NCBI GenBank assembly: GCA_963763775.1 | Contig: CAVXPZ010000001.1 | Span: 736,001-800,000, forward strand | DNA length: 64,000 nucleotides | Reading direction: 5' to 3' | Source of the DNA: an uncultured Chloroflexia bacterium | GTDB taxonomy: Bacteria > Chloroflexota > Limnocylindria > Limnocylindrales > CSP1-4 | Shown here: positions 10,030 to 19,473 of the stretch, in pieces | Layout of the letters: each line of letters starts with the position of its first letter | Numbering within the stretch: the first letter of the stretch is position 1 | Made by a program: the position numbers and the translations under genes | The notes under the pieces: model-generated | Databases searched by the model: none | Told to the model about the DNA's origin: nothing | What the model saw: only the letters and a program-made list of their open reading frames with translations

Positions 10030-10443
10030 TCATGGCTCGAGGTCGAACGTCCGGACGTGGACCGGTCGGAAGACGGCGATCGGCCGGCGATCGAACGTCG
10101 CGATGCGCCGCACGCCGAGCCGTTCCGCGGTCGCGACGAGCACGGCGTCGGCGAGCCGGGGCCGATGCTCGCCAGCCTCGACCAGATGCTCGGCGGCTCG
10201 GTCCAGGTCCGCGTCCGTCGGGGCGACGAGCCGGATGCCGCCGCCCGTGATGCTCCGGACGAGCGCGAGCGTCGCCTCGAGCCCGAGCTCGCGCTGGAGC
10301 AGCGCGTCCAGCTCGGCGAGCGACAAGGCCCCGAGCAGGAGCGGCTCGTCCGCCCGCGCGAACCACGCCACGGCCGCCGCATGATTGAGGTCCGCCTGGT
10401 CGGCCGCCGCCAGGATCGCGCTCGTGTCGAGCAGGATCGCCAC
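10030..10443 (-). CDS. vapC: VapC-type PIN domain toxin
   Basis: ILLDTSAIL, D..H, AEL, LADA, IATFDRR acidic PIN motifs. Confidence 0.85.
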   Translation of the reverse strand: MAILLDTSAILAAADQADLNHAAAVAWFARADEPLLLGALSLAELDALLQRELGLEATLALVRSITGGGIRLVAPTDADLDRAAEHLVEAGEHRPRLADAVLVATAERLGVRRIATFDRRPIAVFRPVHVRTFDLEP

Positions 10444-10450
10444 GGGCGGG

Positions 10451-10702
10451 TCAGCGCGACCCGGTCGGGCGACGCCCGGCTTCGCGGCGCGTGATCGAGC
10501 GTCCGTCGAGCGACAGGCGACCGTGCTGGCTGCGCCCGATGGCGACGAACGGCAACTCGGGGGCCGCCTCGCGCTCGGCCAGGTACGCCTCGAGGGCCGC
10601 GGTGATCACCGCCGTCTTCGTCGTCCGGGCGTGCGACGCGAGCCTCGCGACGCGGTCGAGCAGGTCCGCGTCGGCCAGGATCGTGGTGCGTTTGATCGCC
10701 AT
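10451..10702 (-). CDS. Ribbon-helix-helix (CopG-like) antitoxin
   Basis: MAIKRTTILADADLLDRV...VITAALEAYL; directly upstream of the PIN gene. Confidence 0.8.
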   Translation of the reverse strand: MAIKRTTILADADLLDRVARLASHARTTKTAVITAALEAYLAEREAAPELPFVAIGRSQHGRLSLDGRSITRREAGRRPTGSR

Positions 10703-10785
10703 ATGACGGCATATATGACACGGTGGCGGCGAACGGTCAAGCCGTGCGACCATCCCGCCACATCCGCACCCCCGGAGGCCTGCTC

Positions 10786-11970
10786 GTGGACCGCTTCGAA
10801 CCCAATCTCCGCATCCCCGGCCCCACCGCCCTGCCGCCGTCCGTCCGGGTCGCCGGCGGACGCCAGATGATCAACCACCGCGGCCCGGAGTTCGCCGCGA
10901 TGCTCGAGCGGATCCTGTCGGGGATGCGCCCGTATTTCGGGACGACGTCGGACATCGCGGTCATCACGACCGCGGGCTCGGGCGGCCTCGAGGCGGCCGT
11001 CGTCAACGTGCTGTCCCCCGGCGACAAGGTCCTGGGCGTCTCGATCGGCTCGTTCGGGGACCGGTTCGCCAAGATCGCCGGCATCTACGGCGCGGACGTC
11101 ACGAAGGTCGACGCCGAGTGGGGCTTTGCCGCGGCGCCCGAGGAGGTCCGCGAACGCCTCCGCGCCACACCCGGCGTCAAGGCCGTCCTGCTGACCCACA
11201 ACGAGACCTCGACCGGCGTCATGAACCCGATCCCCGAGCTGGCCGCGGCCATCCGCGAGGAGGCGCCCGACGCGCTCATCCTCGTCGACAGCGTCTCGGC
11301 CCTGGGCGCCGTGCCGTTCGAGATGGACGCCTGGGGCGTCGACGTCGTCGTCACCGGGTCGCAGAAGGCCTGGATGTCCGCGCCGGGCCTCGCGATGATC
11401 GCGGCGTCGCCGCGGGCGTGGTCGGCGATGGAGACCGCGACGATGCCGCGGTTCTACCTGGACCTGCGCGCGCATCGCGATGCGGCCGCGAACGGCCAGA
11501 CGCCGTTCACCCCGGCGATCGCCGTCGTCTACCAGGTCGACGAAGGCCTGCGGCTGATGGCCGAGGAGGGCCAGGACGCGGTCTTCGCCCGGCACGAGGT
11601 CTGTGCCGCGGCGTCGCGTGCCGGCCTCGCGGCCCTCGGCTTCGAGCTCTTCGCCGACCCGGCGGTAGCCTCGCGGACCGTGACCGCCGCGTGGGTGCCC
11701 GAGGGCCTCGACTGGAAGGCGTTCAACGGCGAGGTCAAGCGCCGCGGCGTCGTCCTCGCCGGCGGCCAGGGCAAGCTCACCGGCAAGATCTTCCGGCTCG
11801 GCCACCTGGGGTCGGTCACGCTCGAGGAGATCCTCGGCGCGATCAGCACGCTCGAGATCGTCTCGCTGACGACCGGGCGACCCGTCGAGCCCGGCTCCGC
11901 CGTCGCGGCCGCCCAGCGTGCGGCCCTCGCGGCGCAGGGCATCGCCGCTCTGACGGTCGCCGGCGCGTGA
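10786..11970 (+). CDS. Class V PLP aminotransferase (alanine-glyoxylate/serine-pyruvate family; probable phosphoserine aminotransferase role)
   Basis: RIPGPT, HRGPEF, HNETSTG, VDSVS, GSQKAW (PLP Lys), FRLGHLG; GTG after GGAGG; coupled to serA. Confidence 0.88.
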   Translation: MDRFEPNLRIPGPTALPPSVRVAGGRQMINHRGPEFAAMLERILSGMRPYFGTTSDIAVITTAGSGGLEAAVVNVLSPGDKVLGVSIGSFGDRFAKIAGIYGADVTKVDAEWGFAAAPEEVRERLRATPGVKAVLLTHNETSTGVMNPIPELAAAIREEAPDALILVDSVSALGAVPFEMDAWGVDVVVTGSQKAWMSAPGLAMIAASPRAWSAMETATMPRFYLDLRAHRDAAANGQTPFTPAIAVVYQVDEGLRLMAEEGQDAVFARHEVCAAASRAGLAALGFELFADPAVASRTVTAAWVPEGLDWKAFNGEVKRRGVVLAGGQGKLTGKIFRLGHLGSVTLEEILGAISTLEIVSLTTGRPVEPGSAVAAAQRAALAAQGIAALTVAGA

Positions 11971-13550
11971 GGATCCTCGTCGCCGAACCCGTCGCCGAGG
12001 AGGGCGTCGAGCTCCTCCGCGCCCAGCACGACGTGGACGAGCGCCACGGCCTCAGCCGGGACGAGCTCTGCGCGATCCTGCCCGAGTACGACGCGCTCAT
12101 CGTCCGGAGCCAGGTCCAGGTCGACGCGGGCCTGATCGCCGCAGGGACGCGCCTGGTCGTCATCGGGCGAGCCGGCGTGGGTGTCGACAACGTCGACCTG
12201 GACGCCGCGACCCGTGCCGGCATCACGGTCGTCAACGCCCCGACCGGCAACACCATCGCCGCGGCCGAGCACACGCTCGCGCTCCTCTACGGACTGGCCC
12301 GCCGCGTCGCGCCGGCGGACGCCTCGGTCCGGCGGGGCGAGTGGAAGCGCAGCCAGTTCACCGGCCTGGAGCTTCGCGGGCGCACCCTCGGGATCGTCGG
12401 CCTCGGGAAGATCGGCCAGGCCATCGCGCTCCGCGCACGAGCGATGGAGATGACCGTGCTGGGCGTCGACCCGTTCGTGACCGCAGAAGGCGCGGCGAAC
12501 CACGGCGTCGAGCTCGTCGAGCTGGACGAACTGCTCCGCCGCGCCGATGTCGTCAGTGTCCACGTGCCGCTGAACCGCGCGACCCGCGGACTGATCGGCA
12601 AGGACGCGATCGCGAAGATGAAGCCGGGCGCGATCGTGCTCAACGTGGCCCGCGGCGGGGTGCTCGACGAGGCTGCGGTGGCGGACGCGCTGCGCGACGG
12701 CCGGCTCGGCGGCGCGGGGGTGGATGTCTTCGAGACGGAGCCGCCGGTCGGGTCGCCGTTGCTCGATGCCCCGAACACGCTCCTGACGCCGCATCTCGGC
12801 GCCTCGACGGCGGAAGCGCAGATCCTCGTGTCCGAGGAGGTCGCCGCGCAGGTCCTCGACGTGCTCGACGGGCGCAGCGCCCGCTATGCGGTCAACGCCC
12901 CGCTCCTCACGCCGGAGACGGCCCGGGCGATCGCGCCCTACCTGCCCCTCGCGGAGATCCTCGGGCGGTTCTTCGCGCAGTTCTCGCGCGGCGGGGTCAA
13001 GACCCTGACCCTCGAGATCGCGGGTGACCTCGCCGAATTCGATGGGACGCCACTCACCGCGGCGGTCCTGCGGGGTCTTCTCGAGACGACCACGACAGAG
13101 CGGGTCAACCTCGTCAACGCCGGCGCTCTGGCGAAGGCTCGCGGGATCACCCTGATCGAGCGCAAGACGCCTGACGCCGGCGCGTTCGCGGCGCAACTCA
13201 CGCTCTCGAGCGAGGGCCGGGGGCACGCGACGTCGGTCGCCGGCACCGTCGCCGGTGGCGAGCCGCGGATCACGAGGCTGGACGACTACCGGCTCGACAT
13301 GGCGCCGTCCGAGGTGATGCTCATCACTCGGCACATGGACCGGCCCGGCACGGTCGGTCGGATCGGCATCCTCCTCGGCGAGGCGGACGTGAACATCAGC
13401 GCGATGCACCTGGCGAGGAGCCGGCCGCGCGAGGATGCGCTGATGATCCTGGCGCTCGACGATGACGTTCCGGCCGGTGTCGGCGACGCGATCCGGGCCC
13501 ACGAGAACGTGACCGAGCTCTGGACGATCCGACTGGGCGGCGAGCACTGA
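11967..13550 (+). CDS. serA: D-3-phosphoglycerate dehydrogenase (type I, with ASB and ACT domains)
   Basis: GRAGVGVDNVD, GLGKIG, NVARGG, DVFETEP, TPHLGAST, C-terminal DRPG..NISAM; GTGA overlap with the previous gene. Confidence 0.95.
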   Translation: MRILVAEPVAEEGVELLRAQHDVDERHGLSRDELCAILPEYDALIVRSQVQVDAGLIAAGTRLVVIGRAGVGVDNVDLDAATRAGITVVNAPTGNTIAAAEHTLALLYGLARRVAPADASVRRGEWKRSQFTGLELRGRTLGIVGLGKIGQAIALRARAMEMTVLGVDPFVTAEGAANHGVELVELDELLRRADVVSVHVPLNRATRGLIGKDAIAKMKPGAIVLNVARGGVLDEAAVADALRDGRLGGAGVDVFETEPPVGSPLLDAPNTLLTPHLGASTAEAQILVSEEVAAQVLDVLDGRSARYAVNAPLLTPETARAIAPYLPLAEILGRFFAQFSRGGVKTLTLEIAGDLAEFDGTPLTAAVLRGLLETTTTERVNLVNAGALAKARGITLIERKTPDAGAFAAQLTLSSEGRGHATSVAGTVAGGEPRITRLDDYRLDMAPSEVMLITRHMDRPGTVGRIGILLGEADVNISAMHLARSRPREDALMILALDDDVPAGVGDAIRAHENVTELWTIRLGGEH

Positions 13551-14341
13551 GCGGCTCGCCGATCCCGGAGGGCCTGGACGCGACGCTCGTCCTCGTCCGG
13601 CACGGCGAGAGCGAGTTCATCGTCGAGGGCCGTTTCCAGGGCCAGGCGGACAGCCCGCTCTCGGCTGCGGGACGGGCGCAGGCGGGGCTGGTGGCGGCGC
13701 GACTCGCCGATCCGTGGCGCTCCCCTGCCCTGCCGATCCCGGCCGGGAACCCCGTCGAGATCGCCCACTCGCCGCTCGGACGGGCGGCCGAGACGGCCAC
13801 GGCCGTCGCCTCGGCGCAGCCCGAGGCCGTGCCGACCCGTCCTGACGCCGGCTTCGCCGAGATCGGCCAGGGCGAATGGGAGGGCCTCCACCGAGACGAG
13901 ATCACCGCGCGGTATGCCACCGAGCTCGCGGGCTGGCGCCAGCGTCCGACTGCCGTCTGGGCACCGGGCGGCGAATTGCTCGCGGACGTGGCCACACGCG
14001 TCCGGCCCGCCCTCGCCACGATCCTGGCCGGGCTCGCGAGCCGACCGGCCGCCGTGACCGCCGACCCTGTCGCCGGCTATGCCGGGGCGCGGGCCACCGG
14101 CCCGTGGAGCATCCTCGTCGCGCACGATGGGGTCTTCAAGGTCGCGATGCTGACCCTCTTCGACCTGCCGCTCGACCGGTTCTGGATGTGGAGCTTCGAC
14201 CTGTGCGGGATCACCGTCGTGGACATCCGGGCGGGACGTCCGGTGCTCCGGGCCCACAACCTGACCGAACACCTGGCGCCACAGCAGGACGCGGCGGCCC
14301 TGGCGGAACGACAGGCACGCGAGGCGACCGGCGCGCTCTGA
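13547..14341 (+). CDS. Histidine phosphatase family protein (probable metal-independent phosphoserine phosphatase)
   Basis: The frame extends upstream of the ORF-track start to LVLVRHGESEF..GRFQGQADSPLS; also HSPLGRA, EIGQGEWEG, VAHDG, NLTEHL. Start uncertain (CTG at 13547). Confidence 0.8.
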   Translation: MSGSPIPEGLDATLVLVRHGESEFIVEGRFQGQADSPLSAAGRAQAGLVAARLADPWRSPALPIPAGNPVEIAHSPLGRAAETATAVASAQPEAVPTRPDAGFAEIGQGEWEGLHRDEITARYATELAGWRQRPTAVWAPGGELLADVATRVRPALATILAGLASRPAAVTADPVAGYAGARATGPWSILVAHDGVFKVAMLTLFDLPLDRFWMWSFDLCGITVVDIRAGRPVLRAHNLTEHLAPQQDAAALAERQAREATGAL

Positions 14342-14381
14342 CCTGGATGGCGGCCGACCGGCGGGTGGCCGGCGCCGGTCG

Positions 14382-16682
14382 CTAGCGGCGCTTGCGGTCC
14401 CGGCGACGGAACGCGAGGCGCAGCAGGTTCAGCCGCAGCCGGCGCTCGGCGAGCCGCAGCGCCCGGATCCGGTCGTCGCCCAGGATGCCGCGCCCGTAGG
14501 CGGTCTCGACCTTCGCCGTGGCGACGGTCTCCAGCTCGGGTCTCATGATCGGCAGGACGTCGCCGAGGACGCCCGAGTACTCGTATACGGTCTGGTCGGG
14601 CCGCGGGCCGAAGCCGAACCGGGCCGCCAGGCGCGTCACGGTGCGGTAGGCGTGGTCGGCGGTCGTCCCTGACCGCGGCCCGCGCTGCCACGCGATGAAC
14701 GCGAGCCCCCCGACGATCGCGGCGAGGAGCAGGCCGATGGCGATGAACGACCCGATCGGGAAGCCGCGCTTGGCCGTCGAGGTGTTGTTGTTCGGATCGA
14801 ACTCCGACTCACGAGGGCGGGTCGGCGCCGCGACCGGCGGTCGCGAGCCGATCGGCGGGAGTGTCGCCCCGGCGACGCCGGGCGGCAGCACTTCCTGTTT
14901 CGAGACGCTGCCCCCGGTGGGGTCGAAGCCATACCACCCGTACCCGGGGAAGTAGACCTCCACCCATTGGTGCCGGCTGCCGCCCTTGATGACCTCCAGG
15001 CCCTGGGGGTTGCGCGTCCCGGGCAGGAAGCCCTCGACGACCCGGGCCGGGATCCCCTTCTCCCGCAGGAAGATGGCCATGGTCGAGGCGTACCACTGGC
15101 AGAAGCCCACGCGGTACGTCGAGAAGCACTCGACCACGGAGATGTCCTTGCACTCCCCGGCGAGGAGGTAGTTGACATCGGTCTGATAGTCGAAGAACCC
15201 GCCGTCCTTCTGGGACTGGACGAAGCGCCGGCGCAGGTAGTCGGCGAAGTCGTAGGGCGTCGTCAGGTCCTTGGCCTCGGTCACGAGCTGCTGGTAGAGC
15301 GCCGTGGCATTCGGGCCCATCGCCCCGTCGGGCACGGCCGTGTAGAGGCTCTCGATCTCCGGCGGGTAGTTCGTTCCCGCGGCCTCGAGGGCGGCGACGT
15401 TGAGCTCGCCGGGGTCGTTGCCCTCCGGTCGGATCCGGGCAGTCACGGTGTAGGGATCGCCCGATCGTCGGTTGGCGATGTTGAGATAGCCGTCGTCCCC
15501 GACGACGCTGGCGGACGTCGGCGTGTCGACCGCGATCGGCGTCAGCGGGGACAGGAGGAATGACCCCGCGCCGGCGGCCGGGGTGACCTCGATCTTCTCG
15601 GTCACGAGCCCATCGGCGACCTGGTCGGCCGTCTCCATCGCGGCCGTCGCGAGCAATGGGTCGCCAGCGGCGATATCGACCTTCGTCGCCTGCTCGCTGG
15701 GGACCCAGCCGTTCATGACGAACTTGTCATACGTGACGACCCGCCAGTAGTAGTGACGCTTGTCGGTCACCGGGACCTTGACGGTCGCGATGTCGACGTT
15801 GTTGGGCTGCCACTTGCCCCGGATGCTGGTCGAGCTGGCATCGAAATCGCTCCCGAACGGGCGCGTGTTGCCGCCGGTCGGCACGAACCGCTCGATATAG
15901 CGGGACAGGTCCGCGAACGTGTTGCTGAACCCCGACCACGAGCCTTCGAGGGGCGCGGACCGAGCGACGTTGGTCAGGAGCAGCGACCCCACCACGGCGA
16001 CGGCGATGAAGATCGAGCCGCCCCGCAGGTACACGCCGGAGATCGAGGCGGGATCGCCGATCCGTCGCCGCACCCACTCGGTCTGCTCGTCGAGGACGTG
16101 GAAGCGGACGAGCAGGAACATCGAGGCGAGGGTGAACAGCACCAGGTAGACGAGCTGGTCGCTCAGCGACAGCGACATGTTGACGAGCAGCAGCAGCCCG
16201 ACGACGACGATCGCGTTGAGCGGCCGGTGGTGCCCGAAGACCGCGTACGACGCGAACATCGACGTGGCCCACACGAGAAGCCCGAGGAACAGCATGTAGT
16301 GGGCGTACTCGTTGGTCAGCGGCAGCCCGATGACGACGAGGTCGATGACCGCCTGGACCATCGAGGTCGCCGTCGCGTCGAACGCGGCCGTGAGGGACGG
16401 CTCGACGTCCGGCAACTGCGCCCCGACGATGAGTGGCACGATCAAGGCAGCGAAGCAGGCCCCGACCAGGTACGTCAGCCAGCGGCCCCACCCGACTTTC
16501 GGCCCGACGAACCCGAACAGGACGCCCATGACCGCGACCGGCGCCAGGAAGTCGGTGAAGGCGCCGTTCCCCAGGACGAGGGCGACGTCATCGATGGACC
16601 ACGCCATCGTCAGGCACAGGACCATGACGAGCCCGAGCGTGATCCAGCCCTCCGCGGGTGCGAGCGGGATGCGGCGATTCAT
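14382..16682 (-). CDS. Membrane transglutaminase-like protein (TgpA type)
   Basis: N-terminal TM bundle; GFCQWYASTM, GIPARVVEGF, HQWVEVYFPGYGWYGFDPT (Cys-His-Asp); C-terminal TM. Confidence 0.9.
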   Translation of the reverse strand: MNRRIPLAPAEGWITLGLVMVLCLTMAWSIDDVALVLGNGAFTDFLAPVAVMGVLFGFVGPKVGWGRWLTYLVGACFAALIVPLIVGAQLPDVEPSLTAAFDATATSMVQAVIDLVVIGLPLTNEYAHYMLFLGLLVWATSMFASYAVFGHHRPLNAIVVVGLLLLVNMSLSLSDQLVYLVLFTLASMFLLVRFHVLDEQTEWVRRRIGDPASISGVYLRGGSIFIAVAVVGSLLLTNVARSAPLEGSWSGFSNTFADLSRYIERFVPTGGNTRPFGSDFDASSTSIRGKWQPNNVDIATVKVPVTDKRHYYWRVVTYDKFVMNGWVPSEQATKVDIAAGDPLLATAAMETADQVADGLVTEKIEVTPAAGAGSFLLSPLTPIAVDTPTSASVVGDDGYLNIANRRSGDPYTVTARIRPEGNDPGELNVAALEAAGTNYPPEIESLYTAVPDGAMGPNATALYQQLVTEAKDLTTPYDFADYLRRRFVQSQKDGGFFDYQTDVNYLLAGECKDISVVECFSTYRVGFCQWYASTMAIFLREKGIPARVVEGFLPGTRNPQGLEVIKGGSRHQWVEVYFPGYGWYGFDPTGGSVSKQEVLPPGVAGATLPPIGSRPPVAAPTRPRESEFDPNNNTSTAKRGFPIGSFIAIGLLLAAIVGGLAFIAWQRGPRSGTTADHAYRTVTRLAARFGFGPRPDQTVYEYSGVLGDVLPIMRPELETVATAKVETAYGRGILGDDRIRALRLAERRLRLNLLRLAFRRRDRKRR

Positions 16683-17935
16683 CGGGTCAGGATCTCGCCG
16701 AGCGGGCGCCCGGGCGTGATCGCGTACGAGGGGAGCTCGTACTCCGCGAGGGCGTGGCGCAGCGCGCGCACTCGTTTGGCGTTGGCCTCCTCGACCGCCG
16801 GGTCGACGGTGGACCGCTCGCCGGTGACGGCGGCGGTGGCCTCGCGGGCCGCCTTGTCATAGGCGGACGCGTCGAGCGTGATGGCGACGCACGAGACGCC
16901 GCGGGAGCGCAGGCTCGCCAGCGGCCGGACCCAGGACGGGTCGAGCGACGAGGTGATCACGACGGCGGTCATGCCTCGCCGGAGCCGGCCGACCGAGCCC
17001 ACCAGGGTCTCGACGAGTGGCGACGGGCCGTCGGCCTCCACGGCCGCGAGGAGTTGCATGATCTTCTGATGCTGCCGGCCGCCGCGATCGGCGGGCAGGA
17101 ACGCGGTCCGACCGGCGTTGACCGTCATGCCGACGGCGCGGTTCTCGGCGATCGCCTTGTCCGAGATGGCGGCGGCGGCGCGGATCGCCGCCTCGGTCGT
17201 CGATTCGTCGCCGCGACCGCCCGCGATCCCGCGCTGGAGATCCAGGATGATCCACGCGTCGGCGGTCTGCTCGAGGTCGAACTCCTTGACCTGGATCTCG
17301 CCATGCCGGGCCGTCGTCTTCCAGTGGATGCGATTCATGCTGTCGCCCGGGGCGTAGGGGCGCACGGTCGTGGCCAGCGGCGTCGTCTGGAGGGTTCGCA
17401 CCGGAGCGGCGTGGCTGCCCTCGAGGATGGCCGACGGCAGACGCCACGCCGGGATCGGCTCGAGCCGCGGATAGACGACCACCGAGACCCCCTGGCCGAC
17501 GGTCGCCGCGGCCTCGAAGAACCCGAACGGGTCGCCGGTCCGGATATGGAGCGGCTCGATGCGGAAGTGGCCGCGCCGCGTGAGGGGCACGCGGATCAGC
17601 CACGACCGCTCGTTGTGACCGGGCAGCGTGATGGCGCGACCCGGGAGACCGCCCGGCAGGGTCGTGGGGTTGTGGATCTCCAGCCAGAGCTTCGGCAGCC
17701 GACTGCCGTTGCGGAGCGTGTACGTGACCCGCATCCGGTCGCCGACGTGGCCGTGGAGCTGGCTCACCGCGTACCCGGCCTCCAGATCGGTGAGCCCGAG
17801 GCGCACGAGGACGTAGGAGCCGCCGATGACGAGGATCGCGAGGTAGAGCAGGTAGAAGAGGAACGGCTGCCCCGTCGAGAACGCGGCGACCACGAGGACC
17901 GTGGCGACGATCAGCACTTCGAGGCGGCGGATCAC
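16679..17935 (-). CDS. DUF58 domain protein
   Basis: RRG...DPFGFF, VVYPR, VRPYAPGDSMNRIHWKTTAR, VKEF. Confidence 0.92.
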   Translation of the reverse strand: MIRRLEVLIVATVLVVAAFSTGQPFLFYLLYLAILVIGGSYVLVRLGLTDLEAGYAVSQLHGHVGDRMRVTYTLRNGSRLPKLWLEIHNPTTLPGGLPGRAITLPGHNERSWLIRVPLTRRGHFRIEPLHIRTGDPFGFFEAAATVGQGVSVVVYPRLEPIPAWRLPSAILEGSHAAPVRTLQTTPLATTVRPYAPGDSMNRIHWKTTARHGEIQVKEFDLEQTADAWIILDLQRGIAGGRGDESTTEAAIRAAAAISDKAIAENRAVGMTVNAGRTAFLPADRGGRQHQKIMQLLAAVEADGPSPLVETLVGSVGRLRRGMTAVVITSSLDPSWVRPLASLRSRGVSCVAITLDASAYDKAAREATAAVTGERSTVDPAVEEANAKRVRALRHALAEYELPSYAITPGRPLGEILTR

Positions 17936-17977
17936 GCGCTCAGGCCTCCGCGCGGCATCGCTGGGTCGATCCTGTCC

Positions 17978-18985
17978 CTACGCGCCCGGGACCGCCGTCG
18001 AGCCGGTCGCGTCCCGCAGGCCGGTCGGGCCTCCGGTCCCGGTCGGCCGGATGCCGTCGATGGACGTCGTCTCGAGCAGCTCGCGGACGACCTGGCCGGC
18101 CTGGACGTCGTGGATCGACGAGCTGGTCTTGATGATCAGCCGGTGGGCCAGGGCGGGCTCCGCGAGGGCCTTGATGTCGTCCGGGATCACGTAGTCGCGG
18201 CCGAGGAGCCCGGCGAGCGCCTGCCCGGCGCGATACAGCGCGATCGACCCGCGGGGCGAGGCGCCGAGGTAGACGTCGGGATGGTTCCGCGTCGAGTTCA
18301 CGAGGCGCACGATGTAGTCCGAGACGCTCGGGTCCACGTAGATCTCCCGGACCGAGTCCTGCAGCTCGCGCAGGTCGTCGACCGTGAGGACTTCCTCGAT
18401 ATCCTCGAGCGGGTGGCTCCGCTTCTGCTCGTCGAGGATCATGATCTCCTCGAGCGGCTGCGGGTAGCCGAGGCGGATGCGGAGCATGAAGCGGTCCAGC
18501 TGCGCCTCGGGGAGCGCGAACGTGCCCTCGTACTCGATCGGGTTCTGCGTCGCGATGACGAGGAAGGGATCCGGCATCTGGTAGGTCGTGCCGTCGATGG
18601 TCGCCTGCCGCTCCTCCATGCACTCGAGCAGGGAGGACTGCGTCTTGGGCGTCGCGCGGTTGATCTCGTCCGCGAGGACGACCTGGCTCATGATCGGCCC
18701 GGGCCGGAACTCGAACTCCTGGGTCTTCTGGTTGTAGATCGAGAGCCCCGAGACGTCCGACGGGAGCAGGTCCGGCGTGAACTGGATGCGCCGGAACGAG
18801 CAGCCGAGGCTGCGGGCGATCGCTTTCGCGAGGACGGTCTTGCCGGTCCCCGGCACGTCCTCGATCAGCAGGTGGCCGCGGCACAGCAGCGCGACCAGGG
18901 CGAGACGGACTTCGTGATGCTTGCCGACGATGACGCGCTCGACGTTGGCGAGGACTCGGTCGCCGGTCTCCTGGATCTTGCTCAT
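17978..18985 (-). CDS. moxR: MoxR family AAA+ ATPase
   Basis: [52 protein letters not shown]. Confidence 0.95.
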   Translation of the reverse strand: MSKIQETGDRVLANVERVIVGKHHEVRLALVALLCRGHLLIEDVPGTGKTVLAKAIARSLGCSFRRIQFTPDLLPSDVSGLSIYNQKTQEFEFRPGPIMSQVVLADEINRATPKTQSSLLECMEERQATIDGTTYQMPDPFLVIATQNPIEYEGTFALPEAQLDRFMLRIRLGYPQPLEEIMILDEQKRSHPLEDIEEVLTVDDLRELQDSVREIYVDPSVSDYIVRLVNSTRNHPDVYLGASPRGSIALYRAGQALAGLLGRDYVIPDDIKALAEPALAHRLIIKTSSSIHDVQAGQVVRELLETTSIDGIRPTGTGGPTGLRDATGSTAVPGA

Positions 18986-19083
18986 CGGCCTCTCTCGCGG
19001 GTTGGGCGTCGAAGGGGACGCCACGGGCGGGCGGGGGTCAGGGGTGCGACGAGCTCGAGTCGGCTCGTGTGTCGTCGCAGGAT

Positions 19084-19111
19084 AGTACGTCCTTCCATCC
19101 AAAACGGTTCC
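19084..19111 (-). promoter_or_regulatory. Putative ECF-sigma promoter of the moxR operon
   Basis: Minus strand GGAACC-N16-CGTACT in an AT-richer intergenic patch. Confidence 0.45.
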
Positions 19112-19195
19112 CGGGCCCTTCCTCCGGTCCTACCGTATAGATGCCATCCGGCACCGGAATCGTTCAATGGTTTCTCATCGGCGTCTCAGACGCGT

Positions 19196-19363
19196 TCAAC
19201 CGCGCAGGAGCGTCAGCGTCCCGACCCATAGGGTCATGAGGCAGCCGACCCCGCCCATCACCGCGAGGAACGGCTCGCCGCCGACCCACGACGCCAGGGC
19301 GACACCGCCGAACATGATCGCGAGCACGAGCGCGATGGCGGCCAGACCGATCCGCTCGAGCAT
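19196..19363 (-). CDS. Small 2-TM membrane protein (55 aa; below ORF-track cutoff; N-terminus may extend to 19473 across a frameshift)
   Basis: Own translation MLERIGLAAIALVLAIMFGGVALASWVGGEPFLAVMGGVGCLMTLWVGTLTLLRG*. Confidence 0.55.
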   Translation of the reverse strand: MLERIGLAAIALVLAIMFGGVALASWVGGEPFLAVMGGVGCLMTLWVGTLTLLRG

Positions 19364-19473
19364 CGGCCGAGGCTCCTTCGGCGTGGGCTGGGGCGCGGTC
19401 GCCTCAAGGCGCGTGCGCAGGCGCTTGCCGGCGCGGGGGTGTCAGGCGCGGTCGGCGCCGGCTCGTCACCCAC

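Noticed and set aside
11118-11966. Apparent long N-terminal extension of SerA (likewise 45529-47670 for CRP and 54666-55667 for the GNAT)
   Set aside because: The extensions overlap other real genes out of frame; true starts are marked by GTGA overlaps or -10 elements.
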